This document shows positions 31,337 to 41,650 of a DNA stretch of 64,000 nucleotides, piece by piece (position 1 is the first letter of the stretch; every line of letters starts with the position of its first letter). The position numbers and the translations under genes were made by a program. The stretch covers positions 1,280,001 through 1,344,000 of the forward strand of contig CAVXKA010000002.1 of NCBI GenBank assembly GCA_963762255.1. Reading direction: 5' to 3'. Source of the DNA: Candidatus Eiseniibacteriota bacterium (lineage in GTDB: Bacteria > Eisenbacteria > RBG-16-71-46 > JABDJR01). Under the pieces are notes generated by a model. It was given only the letters and a program-made list of their open reading frames with translations. It was not told the origin of the DNA and did not search any database.

Positions 31337-32331
31337 CGGAACGCTCGACGCCCGCATCCGCGATCGCGATGAGCGTGCTCGTCCCGACGTTCGAGCGACC
31401 CGGCATTCTCGCGCGCTGCCTCGATCATCTCGCCGCGCAGGAGGGGACGCGGGACTTCGAAGTCATCGTGATGATCGACGGGGAGTCGGACTACTCCGAA
31501 GCGGATCTCGATCGCCGCGCCCGCGACTTCCCGGTCCCGCTCACCTGGCGCCAACGGCCGCATCGCGGACACTCGGCGGTGCTCAACGAGGCGCTCCACA
31601 TCGCCCGCGCGCCGCGCGTGCTGGTGCTCGGCGACGACATTCTCGCCTCGCCCGGGCTGGTCGCCCGCCACCTCGCGCGGCTCCGCGAACTCGACGATCC
31701 GCACGCCGCGGTGCAGGGGAAGGTCGTCTGGCACCCGGAAGTGCTCCCCGATCCGTTTCTGGAGTGGGAGGCCCGCGCGGGAGTGCTCTTTGCGTTCGGC
31801 GCGCTCCCCGAGCACGCGTTCGTGCCCGCGCGCTACCTCTACACATGCAACGTCTCCTTCGATCGCGTGTTCGTGATCGATGCGGGTGGGTTCAACGAGA
31901 CCATCCCGCGCTGGACCGACACCGAGTTCGCCTACCGCGCCGCGAAGCGCGGCATGCGTCTCTACTACGACCCCGACGCCTGGAGCTGGCATCACGACCG
32001 CTGGTCGGTAGAACGCGAGGGGCGACGCCAGCATCTCAAGGGCACGCTCGCCGCGCGGCTGATCGCCGAGCATCCCGATTTCGCGGAGTTCGTCGCGATG
32101 CCGCGACTCGACGCTTGGCGCGCGTTCCGCTATCGCGTGAGCCGCACCTTACGCCCGGCGATCGAGGCCGCGGGATGGCGGCACGCCACCGAGTGGTGCT
32201 GGGCTCACGAACTGCACTATCAGTTCGCGCGGGGCCTGGCCGAGGAATCGGCCCGACTGCGGGGCGCGCCCGTCTCGCGCGAGGCGGCCGTGCCCGAGGC
32301 CGCGGTATCGCCGGAGCGGGGCGCGCGATGA
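31327..32331 (+). CDS. GT2 glycosyltransferase
   Basis: SVLVPTFER, LVLGDDI, GGFNE...WTDTEFAYR. Confidence 0.85.
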   Translation: MEVTERSTPASAIAMSVLVPTFERPGILARCLDHLAAQEGTRDFEVIVMIDGESDYSEADLDRRARDFPVPLTWRQRPHRGHSAVLNEALHIARAPRVLVLGDDILASPGLVARHLARLRELDDPHAAVQGKVVWHPEVLPDPFLEWEARAGVLFAFGALPEHAFVPARYLYTCNVSFDRVFVIDAGGFNETIPRWTDTEFAYRAAKRGMRLYYDPDAWSWHHDRWSVEREGRRQHLKGTLAARLIAEHPDFAEFVAMPRLDAWRAFRYRVSRTLRPAIEAAGWRHATEWCWAHELHYQFARGLAEESARLRGAPVSREAAVPEAAVSPERGAR

Positions 32332-33464
32332 AGATCGCGGTCTACTACGATCTCGTGCGCGGCGGCGCGGCGTTCGCGCTGGTTCGCTTCGTGGCTCATC
32401 TGCGTGCCGGGCACACCGTGGACGTGTTCGCGCCGCGCGGCGCGTGGCCGATCGTCGACGATGTGCGCTGGGTGGGCGAGGCGCCTCGCCAACTCCCTCG
32501 CCCGCTCTACTATGCCAATCGATTCATGGTGCCGCGACGCGCCGCGGAGCTGGCCCGCGTGGAAGAGAAGCTGGCGGGATCGCTTGGCGCGTACGACCGC
32601 GTGCTGGTGCATGCCTGTCGAGAGCGCGGCGCTCCGGCGCTCTTGTCAGCGCTGGGCGGGCGCGCGCACTACTACGTCACCGAACCGCTCCGTCTCTATC
32701 GCGAGCCACGCCCCCAGGACGCGATCCCCGAACCGTGGTGGAGTGCGTCGCGTGTGGTCTACGCGCCCATCTCGCGCCGACTGAACGCGAACGACGCGCG
32801 TCACGCAGCGGACGCGGGAACGCTCATCGCAAATTCAAGCTACACGCGCGAGCGCGTCGCCGAGGTGTACACCCGCGATTCCAAGGTCGCGCCGCCCTCA
32901 CTCGATCCCTTCTATCTGGAGTTGCCGCCCGGCGCGGGCGACGGAGATTTCGTGCTGAGTCCCGGCGCGCTCATTCCGCAGAAGGGACATGGGCGCGTGA
33001 TCCGCGCGCTCGGCACGTGGCCGAGCCCGCCGCCGCTCGTGGTTGCGGGCTTTCACGGCCGGTCGGGGTATGCGGCGCGGTTGCGGAGGCTGGCCGCGTT
33101 GCATCACGTGCCGTTGCGCATCGTGCGCGATCTCGATCCCGAGACGCTGCGCCGGCTTCTGGGTCAGGCGCGCGTCACCACGATCGCTGCCGTGCGCGAG
33201 CCGTTCGGGCTGGTGTCGCTCGAGGCGCAGGCAGCCGGGCGGCCGGTAGTGGTCGTTGACGAGGGCGGTCTTCCGGAAACTGTTGCGCCGGATGAGACGG
33301 GCCTGGTCTCGTCGCCGCGCGCGGAGGAGTTCGGCGAGGCGCTGCACTCGCTCTGGGCGGATGCGTCTCGGCAGGAGCAGATGGGAGCGCGCGGGCGAGA
33401 GCGAGTCGCCGAGCTGTATTCGATCGAGCGCTGCGGCGCGCGGTTGGAAGCGGCGCTGGGATGA
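32328..33464 (+). CDS. GT4 glycosyltransferase
   Basis: MKIAVYYD, IANSSYT, EPFGLVSLEAQAAGRPVV. Confidence 0.87.
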   Translation: MKIAVYYDLVRGGAAFALVRFVAHLRAGHTVDVFAPRGAWPIVDDVRWVGEAPRQLPRPLYYANRFMVPRRAAELARVEEKLAGSLGAYDRVLVHACRERGAPALLSALGGRAHYYVTEPLRLYREPRPQDAIPEPWWSASRVVYAPISRRLNANDARHAADAGTLIANSSYTRERVAEVYTRDSKVAPPSLDPFYLELPPGAGDGDFVLSPGALIPQKGHGRVIRALGTWPSPPPLVVAGFHGRSGYAARLRRLAALHHVPLRIVRDLDPETLRRLLGQARVTTIAAVREPFGLVSLEAQAAGRPVVVVDEGGLPETVAPDETGLVSSPRAEEFGEALHSLWADASRQEQMGARGRERVAELYSIERCGARLEAALG

Positions 33465-34351
33465 GCGCGGTCGAAGCCACGGGCGGTGACCGGGCCGCGA
33501 GCCTCCCCGACACCTGCGCAATCGTCGTGCATCACGCGGGGGGCGAGCGCACGCGGCGCTGTCTCACGTCGCTCGCCGCGCAGGATCTGGATGGGTTGCG
33601 GGTGATTCTCGTGGATCACTCCGAGGCTTCCGAAGGAGCGCGACTCATTGACGGCCTTCCGCGCACGCGTTGCGTGCGGCCGCCATCGAATAGCGGCTTC
33701 GCGGCCGGAGTGAATGCGGGCGTGGCGGCCGACAACGCGCCTTGCGTGCTGCTGCTCAACCCCGACGCGTACGCGCAGCCCGCGTGGGCCCGGCGCATGG
33801 TCGCCGCACTCTGGGCCTCACCCCAAGCGGGCATGGCAGCGTGCCGTGTCCTGGGACGCGACGGGCGACTAGATTCGGCGGGGCTTGCGGTGAGTCGCGG
33901 CGGCATGGGGATTCTCCGCGGGCATCGCCACGACGCGCGTGTCTCCGTGGCGCGACTCGACGCGATGCCGCTCCTCGGTCCGACCGGCGCCGCAGCCGCG
34001 TATCGACGCGAAGCGCTCTCCGCGATCGGCGGCTTTCCGGAAGACTACTTTCTCTACTACGAAGATCTCGAAGTTGCATGGCGATTGCGCGCACGCGGCT
34101 ATGAGTGCGCGTGGCTCGACGAGGCGCTGGTCGTGCACGATCACGTCTCCGGCGCGGGCGCCGCGAAGCGTGCGCACCTGTGGCGGTCGCGCCGGCTCTT
34201 CCGAGCGCGCAACTTCTCGCCGGCGGAGGCGCGGCGCACGCGTGGCGCGGCGACACTGGAGGATCTGGCCGCGCTCACCCGGGTGATCACCCGGGTGATC
34301 ATCGACCCCACCCGCCGCCGACTTGCCGCGCGGCGCAGCCGCGGAAGTTGA
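33461..34351 (+). CDS. GT2 glycosyltransferase (rhamnosyltransferase-like)
   Basis: NSGFAAGVN, LLLNPDA, GGFPEDYFLYYEDLE. Confidence 0.85.
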   Translation: MSAVEATGGDRAASLPDTCAIVVHHAGGERTRRCLTSLAAQDLDGLRVILVDHSEASEGARLIDGLPRTRCVRPPSNSGFAAGVNAGVAADNAPCVLLLNPDAYAQPAWARRMVAALWASPQAGMAACRVLGRDGRLDSAGLAVSRGGMGILRGHRHDARVSVARLDAMPLLGPTGAAAAYRREALSAIGGFPEDYFLYYEDLEVAWRLRARGYECAWLDEALVVHDHVSGAGAAKRAHLWRSRRLFRARNFSPAEARRTRGAATLEDLAALTRVITRVIIDPTRRRLAARRSRGS

Positions 34352-34352
34352 C

Positions 34353-35394
34353 ATGCGCGTCGCGTTGATCGCCCCTGCGGTCGGGCCACGCACCGGATCG
34401 CGCACCTACGCGGATCGTATGATCGCGCTCGTGGGTGAACTCCACGACGTCTTCATGGTGGCCGATCCGCGCGCTGCGCTCCCGCGAGTGGACATCGTGC
34501 ACGCGCTCGACGTGAAGCACGTTCTGGGGTGGACGCCCCCGCTCGAACGTCGCGTTCGTGGCCGACCTGCACGACGACTACTGGACCGGCGACGCCCGCT
34601 ATCCGGCCTTCGACGCGCCAGCCCGTGCGTGGCGGCGCGCGCGGAATCGACCGCGCTACCTCGCGCTTCTGACCCGCGCGGACGCAGTGGTGGTACACGC
34701 GTCGGCAGTGGCAAGCGCGGTGCCTCACGGGAGAACGGCGGTCGTGCCGATCCCGGCGGAGAGACCGGCATCGACTGAAGCGGCCGCGGCGGCGCGCGAC
34801 GACGCGGGGGCCCCGCGCGACAACGCCACCCCGCTCCGCGTCCTTTTCGCCGGTCGCGACGCGCTACGCAAGGGTCTTCCCGTGCTCGGCGACGCGTTAC
34901 GACTGTTACGCACGCAAGACATCCCCGCAGAGCTTCGCGTCGCGGGCGGCGACTGGTTGCATCTACGCGCGGCTTCACGTTGGTGGTGCCGGGGCCTGGA
35001 CGTGCGCTTTGACGGCGATCTTCGCGGCGATGAGATGCCCGCCGCATACGCCTGGGCCGACGTGGTCGCGCTCCCTTCCTACACCGAAGCCTTCGGTCTG
35101 GTCGCGCAGGAGGCGCTTCTGGCCTGGCGGCCGGTCGTCGCATCCCGCACGGGAGGCTTGACCGAACTTCTCGACGATCTCCCCGGCGCGTTGCTCGCGC
35201 CGGTCGGTGACGCCGCCGCGCTCGCCAATGCCCTGAGCACGATCGCCGCCGACCGCGCCGCGTGGCGCGCCCGCGCACAGACCTCGGCCGAACGTCTGCT
35301 TGCCGAACGCACGCCCGAAGCCGCGCTCGACGCGCTCGACCGCGCCTATGCGATTGCCCTCGCCCACGCCGTCCGCAAGCGAGGCGCGCGATGA
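34353..35394 (+). CDS. GT4 glycosyltransferase; +1 frameshift in C5 run at 34536-34540
   Basis: MRVALIAP N-terminus in one frame; VLFAGR...KG and EAFGLVAQEA in the next; joined by removing one C. Confidence 0.8.
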
Positions 35395-36581
35395 AGGTCG
35401 GCCTCCTCAAGACCTCGCCCCCCGGCGGACGCGGGCTCTCCGGTGTGTCGCGCTACCTCCAGGATCTCGCGCCGCGCCTGCGCGCGCTCGACGTGGAGAC
35501 CGCGTTCTTCTGGACGCTGGGCGAGGGCGCGGGCACGCCCGCGGTTCCATATCAAAGGCACCTGCACGGATGGGGCGCCTACCGCGCCATCACGTTTCCG
35601 AATCCGCGACTCACCGCCTCGATCGCCGACTGGATCCGCGTCGAGCGTCCCGATCTTCTGCACGTGCACTGGGACTTTCGCCAGGCGATCGCGGCGCTGC
35701 GCGATCTGCCCGCGGGCTCGCCACCGGTACTGGTGAGCTTCCACACGTTCGAGCCCGTGTGTCCCCTCAAGACCCACATCACGGTGCGCGGCGTTCCGTG
35801 CGATGCCGTGCAGGGCGCGGTGTGCATGCAGCGCGGCTGCCGGTCACTGCGCAAGCGCCTCATGCACGACATCCCCGCGCAGGCGCTGACCCGTCGCGTC
35901 TCGCATCGCGCGTCGGGATACGTCGCGCACAATCGCGAGCTTGCGGAACTTGCCGAGCGCTCGGGTCTCGAGCCCATGCACATGATCCCGCTCGGCGTGG
36001 ACATCGACGTGTTTCCCGCCGGGGCGTATCCGCGACCGCCGGTGCTCCTCTACGCGGGTCGAATCCGTCCGGAGAAGGGCATGGCGGTCCTCGCCGAGGC
36101 CCTGCCGCTCATCCTCGACGCCGCGCCCGATGCTCGCGTTCACATCGCTGGCGACGGGCCGATGAAAGACGCGCTGCGACGCGCGGTGCCCACCGCTCAC
36201 ACGGATCGCGTGCAGTTCCTGGGCACGATCCCCGTGCCCGAACTCGCCCGCGAATACGCGACCGCGCGCGCGGTGCTGGTGCCGTCGATCTGGAAGGAGA
36301 ACTTCGCGCTGGTCGGCCCCGAGGCGATGGCGGCGGCTACGCCGGTCGTGGCGTCGGATCTGGGCGGCATCCGCGAGTGGTTGCGGCACGAAGAGAACGG
36401 GCTCGCCGTTCCCGCTGGGGATGCGCGGGCGCTGGCCGAGGCGTCGTTGAGGCTCCTTAACGATCCTGCGCTCGCCGCGCGCCTGGGCGGGGAGGCGCGC
36501 CGCACCGCGGAGTCGATGAGCATGGCGCGCCATGCAGAAGCGCTCGCCGCGCTCTACCGGTCGTGTATCCGTCGCGGGTGA
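35391..36581 (+). CDS. GT4 glycosyltransferase
   Basis: PDLLHVH, LYAGRIRPEKG, ENFALVGPEAMAAATPVVAS. Confidence 0.88.
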   Translation: MKVGLLKTSPPGGRGLSGVSRYLQDLAPRLRALDVETAFFWTLGEGAGTPAVPYQRHLHGWGAYRAITFPNPRLTASIADWIRVERPDLLHVHWDFRQAIAALRDLPAGSPPVLVSFHTFEPVCPLKTHITVRGVPCDAVQGAVCMQRGCRSLRKRLMHDIPAQALTRRVSHRASGYVAHNRELAELAERSGLEPMHMIPLGVDIDVFPAGAYPRPPVLLYAGRIRPEKGMAVLAEALPLILDAAPDARVHIAGDGPMKDALRRAVPTAHTDRVQFLGTIPVPELAREYATARAVLVPSIWKENFALVGPEAMAAATPVVASDLGGIREWLRHEENGLAVPAGDARALAEASLRLLNDPALAARLGGEARRTAESMSMARHAEALAALYRSCIRRG

Positions 36582-36655
36582 CAGCGGCGGCACCTCTCTC
36601 CCAGGCGCGCGCGGCCCGTCTGTCTCCCCCGCGCGTGATCGGCTAGACTCCCGCC

Positions 36656-38651
36656 ATGGCGAAACCGACCGAGACCCCCGCGCCTCGCACACCCCTCTGG
36701 GTATGGTTCCTCCCTCCCCTCTTCGGGCTACTTCTCTACCTCGTCACCTTGCGCAACGGCTTCGTGCTCGACGACTCGATCCTCATCCTCAAGGACCCGC
36801 GCATGGGCTCGCATTGGCGCGTTCTTCCAGCTCCACAAGAGCGAGCTGGTGGTGCGCTATTGGTCGCTCCTCATCGACAGCGTGATATGGAAGACCAACC
36901 CGCTCGGGTTCCATCTCACCAACGCGCTCCTGCACGCGGCCACGGGTCTCGCGCTCTTCGCGTACCTGCGCGTGCTCCTCGCTGCGGTCACCGCGCAGGA
37001 GTCGGCCAAGTCGCGCACGCGCACCGGCGTGGGCCCCGCCGGGATGACATGGCGCGACTGGAGCGCGCTCGCGGCGAGCCTTCTCTTCGTGGCCCATCCC
37101 ATGCAGACGGAAGCGGTGGCGGGGGTCACGCACCGCAAGGAAGTGCTGGCCACGCTCTTCCTGCTGCTCGCGCTGTGGCGGTCGCTGCCGTCGGCCGTGC
37201 CACAGAAAGGCATCGCCCGCCTCTTGCGCGCGATCGAGGTTGGCATCTACGTCGCGCTCGCGGTGTTCGCCAAGGCGCCGGCGGTGGTCTTCTTCCCTCT
37301 CGTCTTCTTGCAGGATCTCTGGGCACGCCGCCAGTCGCTGAGTATCTGGATCCGTCGCGATCTCGTCTTCTATCTTCCCGCAGTGCTCGCACTGGTCGCG
37401 TATCTCGCGTACCGATGGGGCGGCATCCAGGGTGCGGTCGACGCGGACCCGGTTTACTTCGAAGCCTACAACCCGCAGGCAGCGAAGCTCTCGACCGGCG
37501 ACCGACTCCTCACCTCGCTCACGGTGCTCGGGCTCTACTGGCGGTTGCTGTTCATTCCGTGGCGGCCGACGCTCGAGCGTTTCGTGGAGCCCGCCGAGGG
37601 CGCAGCGCCCCTGGTGATGCTGGTCCTGGCGGTGGTCGCGCTCGTGTTCGCGTTCCGGATCGGTCGCCGCCGGCCGTTGGTTTCGCTTGGCATTGCGTGG
37701 CTCGTGCTCGCGCCGATCCCCACGCTCAATCTGCTTCCGCTCAACTTTCTCTTCGCCGAGCGTTATCTCTACCTTCCCGCGGTCGGAGTGGCGCTGCTTG
37801 CAGCGGCGCTTGTGGCGTGGCTCCCCGAGCGCGTCCGTTCCGCCCGCGCGGTGAGCGCGATCGGCCTTGGCACGCTGCTCCTCTTCTTCGCGCCATTGAC
37901 CGTCGTGCGCAACTTGGAGTGGTACGACGTCGACACGCTGCTCCGCGCGACGGTGCGCGACAACGAGAGTTCGCCTCGGGTGGTGTTTCTCCACGCGCGC
38001 GACCTGCGCGATCAGGGGAAAATCGCGGAGAGCCTCGCCGAGGCCCAGCGCGCGTTGCGGCTCCAGCCCAATTCGCCCGACGCGTGGTATCTGGCCGGGC
38101 GCAACTACGCCGATCTCGGGAAGAAGGCCGAGGCGCTCGATGCATACCAGCGCGCGGTCAAGCTCGCGCGCTCGCCCAGGGCGTCGTGGCTCAACGACTA
38201 TGCGGTGGCGCTAATCCAGAACGGGCGCGCCGCCGAGGCGGGGCCGGTGCTGGAGACGGCCATGCAGCGCGACGACGACAACGAGCGCGTTCGCGACAAC
38301 TACGCGCAGTGGCTGTTGCTCCGGCCCGAGACGCGCGCGCGCGGGATGGAGTTCCTCTTGGAGGAGACGCGCCAGCGGCCCGCCGACTTCACGCCGTGGG
38401 TGCTCTTGGTGGAGGCGCGACTGGCTTCGGGAGATTTCGAGGCGGCGCGGCAGGCAGCCACCGAAGGCGCTGCAGCTCTCTCCAATGGAGCGGAGCGGTT
38501 GTTCCTTGGGGCGCGGATCGCGGAGGCGGCGGGGCGCATCGATGAGGCGACCCGAGTCTACAGAGAGCTATCGGCCTCGTCGGAAACGGAAGCATCACTG
38601 CGAGACCGAGTTCGGGCGGCACTGCGACGGGTCGAGAATCGCTGGAATTGA
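36656..38651 (+). CDS. TMTC-like GT-C membrane glycosyltransferase with C-terminal TPRs; +1 frameshift at ~36812
   Basis: NGFVLDD, FHLTNALLH, HPMQTEAVAGVTHR, FAERYLYLP, RNLEW and TPR repeats, all TMTC/DUF1736-type signatures. Confidence 0.8.
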
Positions 38652-38939
38652 TGGGATAGCTGCATATCCAAGCTATGGTGAACATTGCCGCCAGGCACAT
38701 GAACCCGGGGCAGTCGTCACCTTCTTATTCTATCCGATGTCGGTCGTCATTTCTTGTCTTGCCGCGTTTCCAGCGTCGGGCTGCGTGATCGTTCCGCCCT
38801 CCGCGTGAGATTGCCAGGCAGTTCCGAGGTATCCGAGAGAGAAGGGACGCACCTATACTGCGCGGGATGGTCGTTCGCGTGGGCTGCTTCTGCAGTCCAA
38901 TCCACGTTCAGGACCGACAGCAGAAATGAGGAGGTGCAG

Positions 38940-39188
38940 GTGAGTGGCGAATCTCTGGCCCTCGAACTGCTTGTGCCTGCGCTAAGGGGCATGCTCGAGG
39001 ATTGGGACGACAACCAGATAGAGTACTACTTCAGGTTAGCCTATAGTGACTCTGACATGACCCTGCTTGTGGACACCAATGACCGTAAAGCGATGGGCGC
39101 GATTGTTGCGGCTGTCGCTACCCGCATGAAGGCCATTAGCAGGAAGCATCCTTATCGGCTCACAAGCGAGGACGGCGACAATGGTTAA
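38940..39188 (+). CDS. Hypothetical protein (~82 aa)
   Basis: GAGGAGG SD then GTG; overlaps the next ORF by 8 nt; no family recognised. Confidence 0.55.
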   Translation: MSGESLALELLVPALRGMLEDWDDNQIEYYFRLAYSDSDMTLLVDTNDRKAMGAIVAAVATRMKAISRKHPYRLTSEDGDNG

Positions 39189-39534
39189 GCCGCGCTGGCG
39201 ATACGCCGACTTGACCTTCTCGGTCGCTTCGCGCATTCGCTTCGCGGACGGGCACTTCGAAGACGGGCCCAACACCTCCCTGCAGAGTCGCGTTGACACC
39301 GTGGAGGCCAAGAATCAGCTCGTTGCCATGCTGGAGAAGACTGTCGCGAGCTTGCTCCGTCGCGATCTGCTCAGTGAGTTGCTGGCTCCGTTTCGGGAGG
39401 TCTTTGTCGTTGGCGACGGCAGCCGTCAGCAAATCAACATTACTTACCGCATCAGCTATGACCTAGTCGTCACCATGGAAGATTGGAGTACGCTGTCCTC
39501 GTCGGACTCCCAAGAGTACACGCGCCCAATCTAG
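39181..39534 (+). CDS. Hypothetical protein (117 aa)
   Basis: Overlaps the upstream ORF and ends just before an attC-like site; no family recognised. Confidence 0.55.
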   Translation: MVKPRWRYADLTFSVASRIRFADGHFEDGPNTSLQSRVDTVEAKNQLVAMLEKTVASLLRRDLLSELLAPFREVFVVGDGSRQQINITYRISYDLVVTMEDWSTLSSSDSQEYTRPI

Positions 39535-39551
39535 CTGGAGTCTGGCGTGGT

Positions 39552-39650
39552 CTCTAACGCCTGGTTGAACGCTCTGCCCTGCGCAGGGCAGAGCATGTCG
39601 CGAACCGATTCCTATTCTGCGCCAGCGGCGCTACAGACCGCACGTTAGGC
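39552..39650 (+). mobile_element. attC-like integron cassette recombination site (imperfect)
   Basis: CTCTAAC...GTTAGGC ends 99 nt apart, internal perfect palindrome GCTCTGCCCTGC/GCAGGGCAGAGC, followed at once by SD and start codon; L boxes pair imperfectly. Confidence 0.55.
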
Positions 39651-39668
39651 TGAGGAGGATGAAACGTG

Positions 39669-40178
39669 ATGAGCTTCACATATGAAGTCCTCCGCGAACT
39701 GACCAAGGAATTGTCAGGCAAGCGCGGAAGCCCAGCGGTCCGGGCCCAGCTCACGACTCTGCTCGTGAGCATCGCCGCCGTTACTGTGGGAATGAGCACA
39801 ATGTTCTTCGAGCGCTCGACGTTGCAGAACAAGACCTACCAAGATCAGATCCAGTCCCTGAACGAGACTGAGCGGGACCTTCGACAACTTGTGGACTTCG
39901 TGGAGGGGCAGAAAGAGAAGCTCGCCGAATCGGAAGCCGTTGTCGTATCCCTGAAGGAAGAGGAGTCGAAGCTTCGTCCGATGGTAGAGGCGAACCGTGA
40001 ACTCGTCGACACGATTTTGGAGGCGCAGCAGGCCCGAAGCCGGGCGCACATATGGAAGGACCGAACGATCTCTTTCCTGTTCGGTGTCATCGCTTCCATC
40101 GTTGGAGCACTGATTCTGACAGCCATCAGCAAGACACGGCATGCGCGAAGAGCGAGGGCCAGCCGCACAACTGCATGA
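39669..40178 (+). CDS. Hypothetical membrane protein (TM - coiled coil - TM)
   Basis: LTTLLVSIAAVTVGMSTMFF and TISFLFGVIASIVGALILTAI flank a heptad-rich helix; GAGGAGG SD. Confidence 0.7.
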   Translation: MSFTYEVLRELTKELSGKRGSPAVRAQLTTLLVSIAAVTVGMSTMFFERSTLQNKTYQDQIQSLNETERDLRQLVDFVEGQKEKLAESEAVVVSLKEEESKLRPMVEANRELVDTILEAQQARSRAHIWKDRTISFLFGVIASIVGALILTAISKTRHARRARASRTTA

Positions 40179-40545
40179 ACCCGCTAAGTACCAGGCCACG
40201 ATCCACTTGCCCTCCCCTTGCGCGCCAGGTGAAATGTTGGCCGGTTTCAGGGGAAGGCCTTACCCAACGCGTAGCATGTCTGAGCATTCCTCGCGCGCAC
40301 TGGCGTCCAAGTGAACGGCAAGCCTGCGAGATGGTGCGGCGGTGGAGTCGCGCCGACCATCAGATCAAGTCGGAGTCATTCTGGAGATGAGGCGGCCAGC
40401 CCTTCCTGCGGGGCCCATGGATGAGCAATATTGATCCTAGCAAGGGTTTGCATGAGGCGGCGACTGGTGCAATCATGAGCTGTCGCGGCCGAAGAGTGGC
40501 CGCTAGGTTAGCTCTGGGAATCGAACGGTTCTTGTGGAGGGGTCT

Positions 40546-41650
40546 ATGAGCCTGCAGCAGGAAATCGACAACGCCCGGGAGGACATTCGGACCGACGGCT
40601 ACGCGGTCTCAATCGGTGAGTGGATCAGTCTCTACGAGAAGGAGGAGATCGACATCCACCCCGAATTCCAGCGCTTCTTCCGATGGACCCCGGAACAGAA
40701 GACTCGGCTAATCGAGTCGATACTGTTGGGAATTCCGGTACCGCAGATCTTTGTTGCGCAACGTGAAGATGGCGTGTGGGACGTCGTCGATGGCCTTCAA
40801 CGACTATCCACAATCTATCAGTTGGTGGGGATCCTTAAAGACGAAGAAGGTCGTAGCGTTGCCCCTCTCGTCCTCACCAAGAACCGAGTACTTGCCATCC
40901 CTGGCGGGGAGGCAGTGGGATTCTCCGGGGTCACCGGAAGAGTCGTTGACGTCTGCACAACGGTTGCTGATCAAGCGGGCGAAACTGGAAGTCTCGATCA
41001 TTCTCCGGGAGAGCGAAGAGCGTACTAGGTACGAGCTATTCCAGCGTTTGAACACAGGTGGGTCGCAGCTCTCCGATCAAGAGGTGCGAAATGCCATCTT
41101 GGTTATGCTGAACCGCGATCTCTATCAGTGGATCACTGACCTTGCGCAGTCGACCGACTTCGTGGAGACAATTGCGCTTTCCGACCGATCCGTCGATGTG
41201 CGTTACGACATGGAGTTGGTTCTGCGGTTTCTCTCACTGCGTCGCGCCGCCGAGGACGACCTAAAGAGCGTCGGGGACCTCGGCGACTACCTGACGCAGC
41301 GGATGCGCGATATGGCGACAGATCAAGCGTTTCGTCGTGGTGAAGAAGAGCAGGCATTCCGGGACACCTTTGCGTTGCTGAATCGATGTGCTGGCAGCGG
41401 TTCGTTTCGGCGCTGGGACGCCGGGCGCCAGAAGTCGGTTGGCGGGTTCTCGGTGTCAGCATTTGAGGCCGTTGCCCTTGGAATCGGCTTTAGCCCGCGC
41501 GATGCCATCCAAGATTGCGCTAGCCTGCGAGAACTGATTCACGGTCTCTGGGCTGAGGCGGAATTCACGGAGAATGCGGGGTCCGGAATTCGGGCATCAA
41601 GCCGAATTCCAAAGGTTGTGCCCTACGGTAGGACGCGGTTTCAGGTTTGA
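40546..41650 (+). CDS. DUF262 (ParB-like/GmrS-type) domain protein; +1 frameshift at ~40882
   Basis: HPEFQRFFRW, LIESILLGIPVPQIF, VVDGLQRL, then LFQRLNTGGSQLSDQEVRNA in the next frame. Confidence 0.85.
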
